Both the position numbers and the translations under genes were made by a program. A DNA stretch of 61,757 nucleotides, taken from Verrucomicrobiota bacterium. GTDB taxonomy: Bacteria > Verrucomicrobiota > Verrucomicrobiia > Opitutales > Opitutaceae. The notes beneath the pieces were generated by a model that saw nothing but the letters and a program-made list of their open reading frames with translations, was not told the DNA's origin and ran no database searches. This document shows, one piece after another, positions 28,596 through 38,337 of this stretch. The DNA is taken from NCBI GenBank assembly GCA_003402695.1, contig QQNC01000001.1, positions 1 to 61,757 on the forward strand, written 5' to 3'. How positions within the stretch are numbered: position 1 is the stretch's first letter; each line of letters opens with the position of its first letter.

Positions 28596-29484
28596 AGGCC
28601 ACCGCGCGGTTCCGCCCGCGCGATTTGGCCGCGTACAGCGCCTTGTCCGCCGCCGCCACCAGCTCGGCGCCGGTGGTGGCATTGGCCGGCATCTCGGCCG
28701 AACCCACGCTGACCGTGATTTTGAGCGATTGGTCCGGCCCGATCGGAATCGGTTCGGCGGCCACCGCGGCACACGCGCGCTTCGCCGTCTCCATGACGGC
28801 CGAGCCGTCCGCCTGCATGAGGATCAACGCAAATTCCTCGCCGCCGAAGCGCGCCACGCGGTCCACCGTGCGCAGCCCGCCCGATATCCGGGCGGCCACC
28901 GCCTGCAGCACGAGGTCGCCCACCTGGTGGCCGTGCGTGTCGTTGACGGATTTGAAATGGTCGATGTCCAGCATCACCAGCGAGAACGGGTACCCGAATC
29001 GCCGGGAACGCTCCTCTTCCTCTGCGAGGATGCGGTCAAACTCGCGGCGGTTCAGCATGCCGGTCAGCTGGTCGCGCGTCGCCAGCTGCCGCAGCGCCTC
29101 GAGTGTCTCGGCCAGTTTCAGGGCGTAACGCAGCGAACGCTCCAGGCTGTGCGAGGAAATTTCGTCCTTCACGAGATAGTCGAGCGCGCCGGCGTTCATC
29201 GCCTCAATATCGATCCGCTCGGAGGACTCCGCGGTCAGGAAAACGATCGGCGTGTGTGAGCCGCCCGCCACCGCCTCGCGGATGAGTGCCAAGCCGTTGC
29301 GCTCCCCGAGCTGGTAATCCAACAGGCACGCGGCGTGTTTGCCCGCAAGCAGCTGGGCCAGCCCCTCCTCGTACGTCTCGGCCCAGTCGAGGTCGAACGA
29401 CTCCCCGCGGAAATTCTTGAAATGCGCCTGCGTGAGCCGGAATTGCAGCCGGTCGTCGTCAATGAGCAGGATGCGCCGTTTCAT
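28582..29484 (-). CDS. Response regulator receiver + GGDEF diguanylate cyclase (PleD-like)
   Basis: 300 aa. REC domain (ILLIDDD...CLLDYQL), GGDEF domain with GGEEF active site and an RxxD I-site (RTVD) five residues upstream. Confidence 0.9.
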   Translation of the reverse strand: MKRRILLIDDDRLQFRLTQAHFKNFRGESFDLDWAETYEEGLAQLLAGKHAACLLDYQLGERNGLALIREAVAGGSHTPIVFLTAESSERIDIEAMNAGALDYLVKDEISSHSLERSLRYALKLAETLEALRQLATRDQLTGMLNRREFDRILAEEEERSRRFGYPFSLVMLDIDHFKSVNDTHGHQVGDLVLQAVAARISGGLRTVDRVARFGGEEFALILMQADGSAVMETAKRACAAVAAEPIPIGPDQSLKITVSVGSAEMPANATTGAELVAAADKALYAAKSRGRNRAVAFSDL

Positions 29485-30434
29485 GGGAGCACGGGGACCG
29501 GTTGCCCGGAAATGAGTTCAGCCAGCCCCGCGGCGACGCCGGTGCGCGCCGTGAAACCCAGCGCTACCGCCGCCGCCGCGGGATCGCCCAGCGAATGCAG
29601 GATGTCCCCAGCCCGTGCCGCCCGGTGCACGGGTGCGCCCACGCCCGGATGGGCGGCGGCAAAGATCCCGGCCAGGTCCAGGAGCGAGGTCGCCCGGCCG
29701 GTGCAGATGTTCGCGGCGCCGGAGGTGAGCCCGGGCCGGGTCGCCGCCAGCGCATTCGCGCGGGCCACGTCACCCACCGCAATGAAATCACGCGTCTGGC
29801 GGCCGTCGCCGTAAAGCGTCACGGATTTCCCCTCGCGGTAATTACGCGCAAAGATCGAGATGACGCCCGAGTACGGTGAGGCGGGATCCTGCCGCGCCCC
29901 GAAGACATTGAAGTACCGCTGGCAGCGCACGGTGAAGCCGTAGCAGGCGCCGTGTCCGAGCAGCAGGTCCTCGGACGCGAGCTTCGCCGCGCCGTAGGGA
30001 CTGACCGGGCGTTTTTCCGCCGACTCGCGGATCGGCCGCTCGGCCGCATCACCGTAGATCGCAGCCGAAGAGGCGAAAACCACCCGGCCCACGCCGTGCA
30101 GCCGCGCGGCCTCGGCGACGAGTTGGCTGGCCAGGACGTTGAGGGAGAAATTCAGCTCCGGGTTGGCGATGCTCTCCTGCACGCTCACCAGCGCCGCCAG
30201 ATGGATGATGGCGTCGGGCCGTTCCGCAGCCACCAGGTCCGCGAGCACCCCGGGCGCGGCAACGTCCTTCACCTGCAGGGCAAACGCCGGCGAACGCAGC
30301 GCGGTCGCGAGATTTTCCTTCCGCCCGGTGCGGAAATTATCCACGCCGACCACCTTATGTCCCTCGCCCAGGAGGTAATCGGTCGTGTGGCTGCCGATGA
30401 AGCCGGCGGCACCCGTGACGAGGATTTTGGCCAT
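29481..30434 (-). CDS. NAD-dependent sugar-nucleotide epimerase/dehydratase (SDR, GalE-like)
   Basis: ORF 29481..30470, likely start ATG 30434 (MAKILVTGAAGFIGSH). YGAAKLASE is the YxxxK catalytic motif. The stop overlaps the start of the downstream GGDEF gene. Confidence 0.85.
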   Translation of the reverse strand: MAKILVTGAAGFIGSHTTDYLLGEGHKVVGVDNFRTGRKENLATALRSPAFALQVKDVAAPGVLADLVAAERPDAIIHLAALVSVQESIANPELNFSLNVLASQLVAEAARLHGVGRVVFASSAAIYGDAAERPIRESAEKRPVSPYGAAKLASEDLLLGHGACYGFTVRCQRYFNVFGARQDPASPYSGVISIFARNYREGKSVTLYGDGRQTRDFIAVGDVARANALAATRPGLTSGAANICTGRATSLLDLAGIFAAAHPGVGAPVHRAARAGDILHSLGDPAAAAVALGFTARTGVAAGLAELISGQPVPVLP

Positions 30435-30479
30435 GGTGGGCAGGGTTAGCGCCCCGTTCGGAGGGGGCAAGCAGTCATG

Positions 30480-31283
30480 TCAGCGGTGTGTCCCCGCGGC
30501 GAGGTCGGCCGTCACCGCGGCAAGCCGGGCGGTCATTTTATCCGGCGCCCCGAGGTTTTCCCGGATGCAGTTGACCAAGGCGCTGCCCACGACGACGCCG
30601 TCCGCCTGCGCGGCGACCTGCGCGACCTGCGCCCGGGTGGAGATACCAAACCCGACCGCGACGGGCAGCTGCGTGTGCGCCCGGATGCGGGCCACGGCCT
30701 CGGGAATGTTCGCCGCCGCCTCTTTCCGCACGCCGGTGACCCCCTCGCGCGAGACGTAATAGATGAAACCGGTCGTGGCCGCCGCAATCACCGGGATGCG
30801 CGCATCCGGCGTGGTCGGCGCAATGATGAACACTGTGTCGAGCCCGTGTTTTTTTGCCGCTGTCATCACCTCACCCGCCTCCTCCGGCGGGAGATCCAGG
30901 GTCAGCATCCCGTCCAAACCGGCGGCCACCGCGGCCCGGACATAGGCGTCCACGCCGTTCGCGAACACCAGGTTGTAATACGTGTAGAACACGAGCGGCG
31001 CGTCGGGAAACTCGGCGCGCAGGCGGCGCACCAGCTCGAGGACGCGCGCGGCGTTCATGCCGCCCTCCAGCGCCCGCTGGGCAGCCAGCTGGTTGGTCAG
31101 GCCATCCGCCAGTGGATCGGAAAACGGCACGCCGAGCTCAAGAATGTCCACCCCCCGGCCGAGCAGCGTGCGGCAGACGGCGAGCGAGGTGTCAAAATCG
31201 GGGTCGCCGGCGCACACGTAGCCAATGAAGGCGGCGCGGTTTTGGGCTTTGGCCCGGGCAAAAGCGGAGGCGAGGCGGGACAT
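30480..31283 (-). CDS. trpA: Tryptophan synthase alpha chain
   Basis: ORF 30480..31322, start set at ATG 31283 (MSRLASAFARAKAQNRAAFIGYVCAGDP). ELGVPFSDPLADG and GFGIS motifs present. No trpB is adjacent. Confidence 0.92.
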   Translation of the reverse strand: MSRLASAFARAKAQNRAAFIGYVCAGDPDFDTSLAVCRTLLGRGVDILELGVPFSDPLADGLTNQLAAQRALEGGMNAARVLELVRRLRAEFPDAPLVFYTYYNLVFANGVDAYVRAAVAAGLDGMLTLDLPPEEAGEVMTAAKKHGLDTVFIIAPTTPDARIPVIAAATTGFIYYVSREGVTGVRKEAAANIPEAVARIRAHTQLPVAVGFGISTRAQVAQVAAQADGVVVGSALVNCIRENLGAPDKMTARLAAVTADLAAGTHR

Positions 31284-31449
31284 GCGAGGGTTTAGCTCAG
31301 AGGCATTCGCGCCGCGGTGCAATTGTCGTTTTCAGATCCGTCTCACCCTCGAAACCCAACGGGGGTTTTCCGCGAATAAGCTCCGCCAACTGGCAAGCGC
31401 CGTAAATTCTCCATGTCCGCGGTGACACGGGTTTGAAAACACCACCGGC

Positions 31450-32223
31450 CTACACCAGGTCGAAGTCCACCAGCACCGGCCGGTGGTCCGACAGCATCAC
31501 GCGCAGGACCTCGCTGTGCACCTCGCCGCAGGGCGGCGGCAGCAACACGAAATCAAGCAGGCGCTGTGGCAGCGGCGAGGGGAACGTCTTCCCTCTGCGG
31601 GGATGCAACACGTAGTCGGCGTAATCCGAGAGATGGCTGAGCAGCGCCGCGGTCGCGTCGGGGCTGTGCCCGGGGTTGTTGAAGTCCCCGCAGATGATCG
31701 GCGGCAGGTCCCAATGGGGCCCGCGCTCGCGGAGTTTCTCGCGCAGCCACGCCAGCAGCCGGCCGATCTGCCGGATGCGATGCTCGCGCGAGCTGAAGTG
31801 CAGGTGGATGTTGACGATCGGTACGATCCGCCCGCCGACGTCGAACTCCGCAAAGAGGAACCCCTTTTCGCCCACCGTGCGCAACCCGAAGACCACGGTT
31901 TCGGTCGCCAAAATCGGGTGTCGGGACAGCAGCGCGTTGCCGTAGCAGAGGTTGAGCAGCCCCTTCCGCCGGGTGTTGATGCCGAAGACGGCGTGGGGAA
32001 AGCCGGCGTGCAGCCGCAGGTACTCGAGATGGTCGAAATTTCCCGCCCAGCGCGAACGCTCGTCGATTTCCTGCAGCGCCACGATGTCCGGCTGCTGCTG
32101 CTCAATCAGCTTCGCGATCTTGCGCAGGTTGTTCTTCAGCTTCTGCGCCGACGTGAGCCCCTGGATGGGATTCAACCCCCGCCCATGTGCGATGTTGAAG
32201 GTGAGGAGACGCAGGCGGGGCAT
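31450..32223 (-). CDS. Endonuclease/exonuclease/phosphatase (EEP) family protein
   Basis: 257 aa. LRLLTFNIAHGRG, DIVALQEID, CGDFN and SDHRPV are canonical EEP motifs. Confidence 0.8.
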   Translation of the reverse strand: MPRLRLLTFNIAHGRGLNPIQGLTSAQKLKNNLRKIAKLIEQQQPDIVALQEIDERSRWAGNFDHLEYLRLHAGFPHAVFGINTRRKGLLNLCYGNALLSRHPILATETVVFGLRTVGEKGFLFAEFDVGGRIVPIVNIHLHFSSREHRIRQIGRLLAWLREKLRERGPHWDLPPIICGDFNNPGHSPDATAALLSHLSDYADYVLHPRRGKTFPSPLPQRLLDFVLLPPPCGEVHSEVLRVMLSDHRPVLVDFDLV

Positions 32224-32329
32224 GGAACTCTCACCAGCCTGAAATGCGCCGGAAATGGGGCAACGGCAAAGCCGGGGAAGATGGGATTGACAGTGTCGGA
32301 GCGGCTCGTGAAGTTCCCCGGCTCTTTAC

Positions 32330-32407
32330 GGCGGTCATAGCTCAGTTGGTTAGAGCACTAGATTGTGAATCTAGGGGTCGCGGGTTCGAGTCCCGTTGGC
32401 CGCCCCA
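32330..32407 (+). tRNA. tRNA-His (anticodon GTG) with encoded G-1 and CCA
   Basis: Hand-folded cloverleaf. Acceptor gcggtca/tggccgc, D arm gctc/gagc, anticodon stem ctaga/tctag with loop ttGTGaa, T arm gcggg-ttcgagt-cccgt. The extra 5' G at 32330 is opposite C73, followed by CCA at 32405-32407. Confidence 0.9.
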
Positions 32408-32598
32408 TTTTAGATCGCCGCAAGCGATTTCCCTCGAGCCAAGCCCCGCAGCCTGGAATTCGGCCCCACAAGGGTCTCCAGACGGAAACTTCCCGCAAAA
32501 ACCCACCGCTCGGGGCAATCGCTGAGGAACTAATACCAAGCGATGCGCAGACAAAGCGCTCCTTTCTGCTATTTTGGGCCAACCAAAAGGAGTCATTT

Positions 32599-32877
32599 AT
32601 GGCATCCATCAAAATTCATCTGGAGCAGGAGGAGCTAGCCGCCGTCGAGCGCCGCGCCAAGGAATTGGGTCTCACCGTTCAGGACATGGCCTATGGCGCT
32701 CTCAGCTGTTCAATGAGCCACGTCCGGGAGCCCTATTGCCGGGTACGGATCGACGAGTCGGTCGCCCAGCGGGGCCAGGACCTACCACTCTGGAGCGATA
32801 GTGCCCGCAGTGTGGGTATCTACGAAAGTAAACATGATACCGGGTCGATGCCCGGACCCAAGGGCCAGCCCCTGTAA
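32599..32877 (+). CDS. Small ribbon-helix-helix-like protein (orphan) in lower-GC islet
   Basis: ATG 32599 is preceded by a strong SD (aaaaggag, 32585-32592). MASIKIHLEQEELAAVERRAKELGLTVQDMAYGAL fits a beta-strand/helix/helix RHH (CopG/MobC-like) pattern. Local GC and codon use are visibly lower than in the flanks. Confidence 0.45.
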   Translation: MASIKIHLEQEELAAVERRAKELGLTVQDMAYGALSCSMSHVREPYCRVRIDESVAQRGQDLPLWSDSARSVGIYESKHDTGSMPGPKGQPL

Positions 32878-32901
32878 GCCGTCGGCCTCCATCAGGGAAA
32901 G

Positions 32902-34062
32902 TCACATCCCCATCCGCTCCCAGCCTTTCCGGCTCGAGTCGCGCGGCGGCAAACCGAGCATCTCGCGGCCGAGGTCCACGTAATACCGGTAGTTTTCAAT
33001 CGAGGTGCCGTTGGGAATCTGGTGATCCAACCCGAACACGCACCCGCCTTCCCGCATCAGGGGCTGCAGCTTGTACTCGAGCTCGCGGCGGATCGCCGCC
33101 TGGTCCTCACGGAGCACGTGCTTGTCGATGCCCCCGAGCATCTGGAGTTTTTTCCCGTATTGCTTCCGCACCGCCACCATGTCCATGCCCGCGGCCGGTT
33201 CCATCGGGTAAAGACAGGTGATGCCGCAGTCCAGGAGCGCCGGAATCACCGAGTTAATGTTCCCGTCCGTGTCCATCTGGAAGATCTTCGCGCCACGCTC
33301 CGCCAGCGGCTCCCAAATCGCGCGGTAGTACGGCCGGAAGTGTTCCTGGATCTGCCGCGGACCCACCAGCGGGCCCGACTTGCCGGCGAAGTCCTCGTGC
33401 ACCGAGAGCTGGTCAATCTGCACTTCTGCGGCGATCGGCTCGAGCACCCGCCGCATCGTGTCCTGCAGCGTCGCCATGATATCCGCCATCAGCTCCGGCT
33501 GCTCGTAGTACGCGAGGCAGGCGATTTCCTCGCCCATGAGGTCGCGGGGCATGTCAAACGCGCCCGGCATGTACGCGCGGATCAGCGCCCCTTCCTCCCG
33601 CGCCCGTTTCGCCGCCGCCACTTCGTCCCAGTTGATGCGGTCGGGAGTGAACACGTAAAACGGCTTCACCCGCAGCCAGTCATCCATCGTCTGCACCGGA
33701 AAATCCATCGGCAGCGCGTGCGTGGCGGTTTTCTTCAGCAGCAGGAGCGTGCGCCCGAGAAAGTCCCGCTGCACCCGCTTCTCTTCCGTTTCCTCCAAGG
33801 TCACGGGCGCCGCGCCCCGGGGCAGTGGGTAGCCCCCAAAATCCACGATCGGCACAAAATCCCAGTCGAAGGCCGTTAAGTTGATCTCGTCCTCCGTCGC
33901 GCCCTGCGCCCGCCATTCGTCCTCCAGCCCGATCAGCGGGCCGAAGAGTTCGACAAACATCGGCCGCGGGGCGGATGCACTGGTCATGAGATCGAGGTAT
34001 TGCTCGCGGTGGAAACGCATGGAAATTGGGTGCGAAGTTCGCTTGTCACTCGCCGGAGCCAT
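32902..34062 (-). CDS. Uroporphyrinogen decarboxylase (URO-D) family protein
   Basis: 386 aa (alternative start ATG 34020, MRFHREQYL). TIM-barrel URO-D-like pattern: FDMPRDLMGEE, VHEDFAGKSGPLV, FQMDTDGN, YPMEP, GLDH. Substrate unknown. Confidence 0.68.
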   Translation of the reverse strand: MAPASDKRTSHPISMRFHREQYLDLMTSASAPRPMFVELFGPLIGLEDEWRAQGATEDEINLTAFDWDFVPIVDFGGYPLPRGAAPVTLEETEEKRVQRDFLGRTLLLLKKTATHALPMDFPVQTMDDWLRVKPFYVFTPDRINWDEVAAAKRAREEGALIRAYMPGAFDMPRDLMGEEIACLAYYEQPELMADIMATLQDTMRRVLEPIAAEVQIDQLSVHEDFAGKSGPLVGPRQIQEHFRPYYRAIWEPLAERGAKIFQMDTDGNINSVIPALLDCGITCLYPMEPAAGMDMVAVRKQYGKKLQMLGGIDKHVLREDQAAIRRELEYKLQPLMREGGCVFGLDHQIPNGTSIENYRYYVDLGREMLGLPPRDSSRKGWERMGM

Positions 34063-34116
34063 GCCTCCATGGATGACGAGTCAGTCTCATCGAACTCCCT
34101 GACACCCCCAATTGAA

Positions 34117-34911
34117 ATGCTGTTCTGGCTCAAAAAAGCGGTCTCATTTTGGCTGATGCCCCTCCCCCTGAGCGTCGCGCTAATGGCCGCCGGCCTGTTG
34201 CTGCTACGCTCCACCCGCTGGCCCCGAGCCGGCCGCCGGCTGCTGATCACTGGGTTCCTCCTGCTCTTTGTCCTGAGCAATAAGCAGGTCGGACAGGCCC
34301 TGCTGCGCCCGCTGGAAAGCCAATATGCCGCGCAACCGGAACTATCCTCCGGCCAACCCCTGCCGGCCCGGCTCGCCGCCTGCCAGGCCATTGTGGTGCT
34401 CGGCGGCGGGCACTCGGACCAGGCCGGCCTGTCCGCCCTCAACCAGCTCAGCTCCTCCTCCCTCTTCCGGCTCGCCGAGGGGGTGCGCCTCGCGCGGTTG
34501 CTGCCCGACGCCACCCTGATCGTCTCCGGCCCTCGCTCGGTTAAAAACAGCCCCACCCATGCCTCCGTGCTCGCCGCTGCGGCGGTTTCGCTCGGGATTG
34601 ACCCGCGGCGGATCGTGCAGATCGACACCGCCCGGGACACCGATGACGAGGTCCAGGCCGTGAAACAGCGTCTGGGCGACCACATCCCCTTCGCGCTAGT
34701 GACGTCTGCCTGGCACATGCCTCGGGCGATGGGACTCATGCGGCGGGCCGGCCTGGCCCCGCTGCCCTGCCCGGCGGGTTTTATCTCGCGGGCCAACGGC
34801 GAAACCCACGCCAGCGACTGGCTGTTCGATCTCTCCGGCCTCGAGCAGAGCAACTGGGCCATTTACGAGCGCCTAGGCACGGCCTGGGCGAAACTTCAGG
34901 GTAAGATCTAG
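34117..34911 (+). CDS. DUF218 / ElyC-YdcF family envelope biogenesis protein
   Basis: ORF 34000..34911, preferred start ATG 34117 (MLFWLKKAVSFWLMPLPL). IVVLGGG, SLFRLAEGVRL, DTDDE and LVTSAWHMPRA are DUF218 motifs. Confidence 0.75.
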   Translation: MLFWLKKAVSFWLMPLPLSVALMAAGLLLLRSTRWPRAGRRLLITGFLLLFVLSNKQVGQALLRPLESQYAAQPELSSGQPLPARLAACQAIVVLGGGHSDQAGLSALNQLSSSSLFRLAEGVRLARLLPDATLIVSGPRSVKNSPTHASVLAAAAVSLGIDPRRIVQIDTARDTDDEVQAVKQRLGDHIPFALVTSAWHMPRAMGLMRRAGLAPLPCPAGFISRANGETHASDWLFDLSGLEQSNWAIYERLGTAWAKLQGKI

Positions 34912-36110
34912 TGGTCCGTTCCGGCCGCCGGCAGGGTGAAATAGAATGCCGAGCCCTGGCCTGGCTCGCTTTCCACCCGAACCTCGCCGCCATGCGCCTG
35001 AACCGCGTGTTTCACAATCGCCAGTCCAAGGCCGGTGCCGCCCTGTTCCCGCGAGCGGGCCTTGTCCACGCGGTAAAAGCGCTCAAAGACCCGACTTTGT
35101 GCCTCGCGTGGGATGCCTGGGCCGTCGTCATGCACACAGACTTCCACCTTGTTGCCGGGCACCGGGGCGGCGGTCACGGTGAGATGGCCCCCGGAGCGGC
35201 CATATTTGATGCCATTGTCCACGAGATTAGAAAATACCTGCCGCAAGCGGTCGGGATCGGCCGAGGCCACGAGCCCGGGGGGAATGCCGTTTTCCAGGCG
35301 GACTTCTCGCACTTGGGCCCGCAGGGCCAGGTCCTCAAATACTTCCTGGACAGCGGCCCGCAGGGCCACCGGCTGGGGAGAGACAAGGAGCCGTCCCGAA
35401 TCCAACTGGGCGAGCAGCAACAGGTCGTCGATCAGCAAGGTAAGCCGGTCGGCATGGCGGTCGATGATCTGCAGGAGCCGGTCGAGCGCAGAGGCATCGG
35501 CCTTGGCGCCATCGAGCAGAGTTTCAGCAGCGCTCTTAATCAGCGACAGCGGGGTCCGTAGCTCGTGGCTGACATTGGCCACAAATTCCTGCCGCGCGCC
35601 TTCCAGTTCGCGGAGCCTGGTAATGTCATGGAACACCAGCATGGCCCCCACGGCCGCGTGATTGGTGTCGCGGAGGGTGATCGCATTGACCTGCAGATCG
35701 CGCGTCGGCGACACCTCGAGCCGGAGTTCGTGGTCGAGGATCTTCGATTCCGCGCCGAGGCGGCTGGCCAGGGCGGCGACTTCGTGATTGCGGACCGCCT
35801 CCAGCAGCGTGCCGCCAATCATCTGCCGCGTGAACCCAAAGGTCGATTCCGCGGCGCGGTTGGAGAGCACGATCCGGCCGCCGGCATCAAGCACAATCAG
35901 TCCATCAATCATGCTATCCAGCAAAGTTTCCAACCGCTGCTCGTGGGCCGCGAGGTCTTCGGCATGATGGATTCTTAACTCGCTGATCTCCCTCACGTGC
36001 CGGGCCTTTTCCTTCGCACGCCGGCGCCGCAAATGCCAGTACGCAACTAGGGCGACGGCGGCAAGCAGGGCGAATAGGACGGTCACGTGAGCCAAGTAAA
36101 AACACGCCAA
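34908..36110 (-). CDS. phoR: Phosphate-regulon sensor histidine kinase
   Basis: 400 aa with N-terminal TM, PAS, HisKA (VSHELRTPL) and HATPase_c (GGTGLGLAIVKH). It lies immediately downstream of phoB and phoU. Confidence 0.85.
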   Translation of the reverse strand: MACFYLAHVTVLFALLAAVALVAYWHLRRRRAKEKARHVREISELRIHHAEDLAAHEQRLETLLDSMIDGLIVLDAGGRIVLSNRAAESTFGFTRQMIGGTLLEAVRNHEVAALASRLGAESKILDHELRLEVSPTRDLQVNAITLRDTNHAAVGAMLVFHDITRLRELEGARQEFVANVSHELRTPLSLIKSAAETLLDGAKADASALDRLLQIIDRHADRLTLLIDDLLLLAQLDSGRLLVSPQPVALRAAVQEVFEDLALRAQVREVRLENGIPPGLVASADPDRLRQVFSNLVDNGIKYGRSGGHLTVTAAPVPGNKVEVCVHDDGPGIPREAQSRVFERFYRVDKARSREQGGTGLGLAIVKHAVQAHGGEVRVESEPGQGSAFYFTLPAAGTDH

Positions 36111-36112
36111 AG

Positions 36113-36799
36113 TCAGGAGTCAGCCTTGAATCGATAGCCGACCCCGCGGATCGTTTCGAGATAGTCAGCCGCCGTCCCGATTTTTTCGCGTAACCGGCGC
36201 ATGTGCGTGTCGACCGTGCGGGTGTCGATCGCGGTCTCGTAGCCCCAAACATCCTGTAACAGCCTTTCGCGGGTCTGCACCCGGCCGCGCCGCTTGGCCA
36301 GCAACGCGAGCAGGTTGAATTCGGTCGCGGTCAGCGTCACGGCCTTGCCATCGACACTTGCCGCATGATGGGAAATATCGATCTCCAGCACACCGATGCG
36401 CAAATGATCGCCTGGGTCATCCCCCGACTTCATTCGCTTCAATAGCTTGCGGATGCGCAGCACGAGCTCGCGCGGGCTGTAGGGCTTGGTGACGTAGTCG
36501 TCCGCCCCCAGCTCGAGACCGACGACGCGGTCCATCTCCGCCGCCTTCGCGGTGAGCATGAGCACGGGAATGCCCGCGGTCGCGGGATCGCGCCGCATGA
36601 GCTTGCAGACCTCGAGTCCGTCGAGCTCGGGCAGCATGAGGTCGAGCACGACCAAGTCGGGCCGCTCGGCCCGGATGGCGGCCAGCGCCTTCAGCCCATC
36701 CGTGGCAAAGATCGGCGTGAAGCCGGCCTCGCGCAGCTTGAAGCCAAGGACTTCCAGGGCATCGAGTTCATCATCAACAACGAGGATTTTAGGCTTCAT
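36113..36799 (-). CDS. phoB: Phosphate-regulon response regulator (OmpR family)
   Basis: ORF 36113..36886, start ATG 36799 ([15 protein letters not shown]). REC domain plus winged-helix Trans_reg_C (VWGYE...RTVDTHMRRLREKI...RGVGYRF). Confidence 0.9.
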   Translation of the reverse strand: MKPKILVVDDELDALEVLGFKLREAGFTPIFATDGLKALAAIRAERPDLVVLDLMLPELDGLEVCKLMRRDPATAGIPVLMLTAKAAEMDRVVGLELGADDYVTKPYSPRELVLRIRKLLKRMKSGDDPGDHLRIGVLEIDISHHAASVDGKAVTLTATEFNLLALLAKRRGRVQTRERLLQDVWGYETAIDTRTVDTHMRRLREKIGTAADYLETIRGVGYRFKADS

Positions 36800-37478
36800 T
36801 CGGCTTCTGCTGGGCGGCGTGACGGATATCCTTGGCCTCGTAGAGGTAGACGACTTCCTCGGCGACGTTGGTCGCGTGGTCGGCAATGCGCTCGAGGCAC
36901 TTGGAAATCACCATGAGGTTGAGGCAGCGGCTGATCGTGGTGGGACGCTCCACCATGTAGCTCGAGAGCTCGCGGTGCAACTGGCGGTTCAGGTCGTCCA
37001 CATCCTTGTCGCGGGGGATGACGGCGCGGGCCTTGTCGGGCTGGCGCTCGATGAAGGCGGTCAGCGCCTCCCGCAGCATCTCCAGCGCCATCGTGGTCAT
37101 GCGCGGCAGGTCGACGTAGGGCTTGAGCTGCGGCTCGGCATTGAGGTCATGGGCGCGGCGGGCGATCGTGCAGGCCTCATCGCCCACGCGCTCGAGGTTC
37201 TGGGAGATCTTCATCGCCACGGTGATGAGGCGAAGCTCCGTGGCGAGGGGCGCCTTGGCCAGCAGGTGAATGGCGATGTCGTCAACCTCGATCTCAAACT
37301 GGTCGATGATGTTGTCGTCCTCCTGCACCTTGAGGGCGAGGGCGTCGTCACGCTCGACGAGCGCGCGCATGGACCGGGCGACCGCCGACTCGGAATGGCT
37401 GGCCATCGCGAGGATGGTCTCCTTCAGCTTGGTCATTTCTTCGGTGAAGTGTGTCATGATGGGTAAAATTTCAGCCAA
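36789..37478 (-). CDS. phoU: Phosphate signalling complex protein PhoU
   Basis: 229 aa (alternative start ATG 37457). It has the duplicated PhoU repeat with E(R/C)(V/I)GD(E/H)A motifs ([18 protein letters not shown]). Confidence 0.9.
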   Translation of the reverse strand: MAEILPIMTHFTEEMTKLKETILAMASHSESAVARSMRALVERDDALALKVQEDDNIIDQFEIEVDDIAIHLLAKAPLATELRLITVAMKISQNLERVGDEACTIARRAHDLNAEPQLKPYVDLPRMTTMALEMLREALTAFIERQPDKARAVIPRDKDVDDLNRQLHRELSSYMVERPTTISRCLNLMVISKCLERIADHATNVAEEVVYLYEAKDIRHAAQQKPNEA

Positions 37479-38337
37479 ACCGGCCCGAGACGTAGGCCTC
37501 GGTCTGGGGATTGGCGGGGTTCATGAAGATATTCCGGGTATCAGCATACTCGATGAGTTTCCCCATGTAGAAAAAAGCCGTCTTGTCCGAGCAGCGCGCG
37601 GCCTGCTGCATGTTGTGGGTCACAATCACGATGGTGAAGCGGGTGCGCAGGGTCTGGATCAGTTCTTCGACCTTGGCCGTGGCCACCGGGTCGAGCGCCG
37701 AGCACGGCTCGTCCATCAGGATAATCTCGGGCTCGACGGCGATGGCGCGCGCGATGCACAGGCGCTGCTGCTGGCCGCCGGAGAGGCCCAGGCCGCTGGT
37801 GTGGAGGCGGTCCTTGACCTCTTCCCAGAGCGCGGCACCCCGGAGCGATTTTTCCACGACCTCGTCGAGCCGGGCCTTGTTGCTGACGCCCTGCAGCTTC
37901 AGGCCGTAGGTGATGTTCTCGTAGATGGACTTCGGGAAGGGGTTCGATTTCTGGAACACCATGCCGACGCGCTTGCGGAGCTCAATCACATCCACGTCGG
38001 GCCGGTGGATGTCGATCCCCCGGATCTTGATCGAGCCCTTCGCGATGCGGGTGCCGTCGATCAGGTCGTTCATCCGGTTGAAACAGCGCAGCAGCGTGGA
38101 CTTGCCGCAGCCGGATGGCCCGATGAAGGCCGTGACCTTCTTGTCCTGGATCGAGAGGCTGATGTCATGGAGCGCCTGCACGGCGCCGTAGAAGAAATCA
38201 ACGTGGTCGATCTCAATGAGGGTCTCGGCCGCGGGCGCGGGACCGGAGCCAGGCGCCGAGGAGGCGGCGGCGGGCGCGGACGGCGGGCGGAGCGTGGGCG
38301 CGGGGGCAAGGGTGTCCATGAGGGAGGCGGCTACCAT
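37471..38337 (-). CDS. pstB: Phosphate ABC transporter ATP-binding protein
   Basis: ORF 37471..38682. The start is set at ATG 38337 or 38319, just after the pstA stop. Walker [10 protein letters not shown], signature LSGGQQQRL, Walker B ILMDEP. There is a ~30-aa Pro/Ala-rich N-terminal extension. Confidence 0.92.
   Translation of the reverse strand: MVAASLMDTLAPAPTLRPPSAPAAASSAPGSGPAPAAETLIEIDHVDFFYGAVQALHDISLSIQDKKVTAFIGPSGCGKSTLLRCFNRMNDLIDGTRIAKGSIKIRGIDIHRPDVDVIELRKRVGMVFQKSNPFPKSIYENITYGLKLQGVSNKARLDEVVEKSLRGAALWEEVKDRLHTSGLGLSGGQQQRLCIARAIAVEPEIILMDEPCSALDPVATAKVEELIQTLRTRFTIVIVTHNMQQAARCSDKTAFFYMGKLIEYADTRNIFMNPANPQTEAYVSGRFG

Noticed and set aside
30480-31283. trpA without an adjacent trpB as a sign of an unusual tryptophan pathway
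   Set aside because: Split trp genes are common in many phyla, and trpB may simply lie elsewhere in the genome. Nothing in the sequence itself is aberrant.
32877-32892. Possible attR-like direct repeat of the tRNA-His 3' end
   Set aside because: It matches only about 12 of 16 positions and needs a gap, and there is no integrase in the window. This is too weak to call a feature, so it is mentioned only as a hint in the islet finding.
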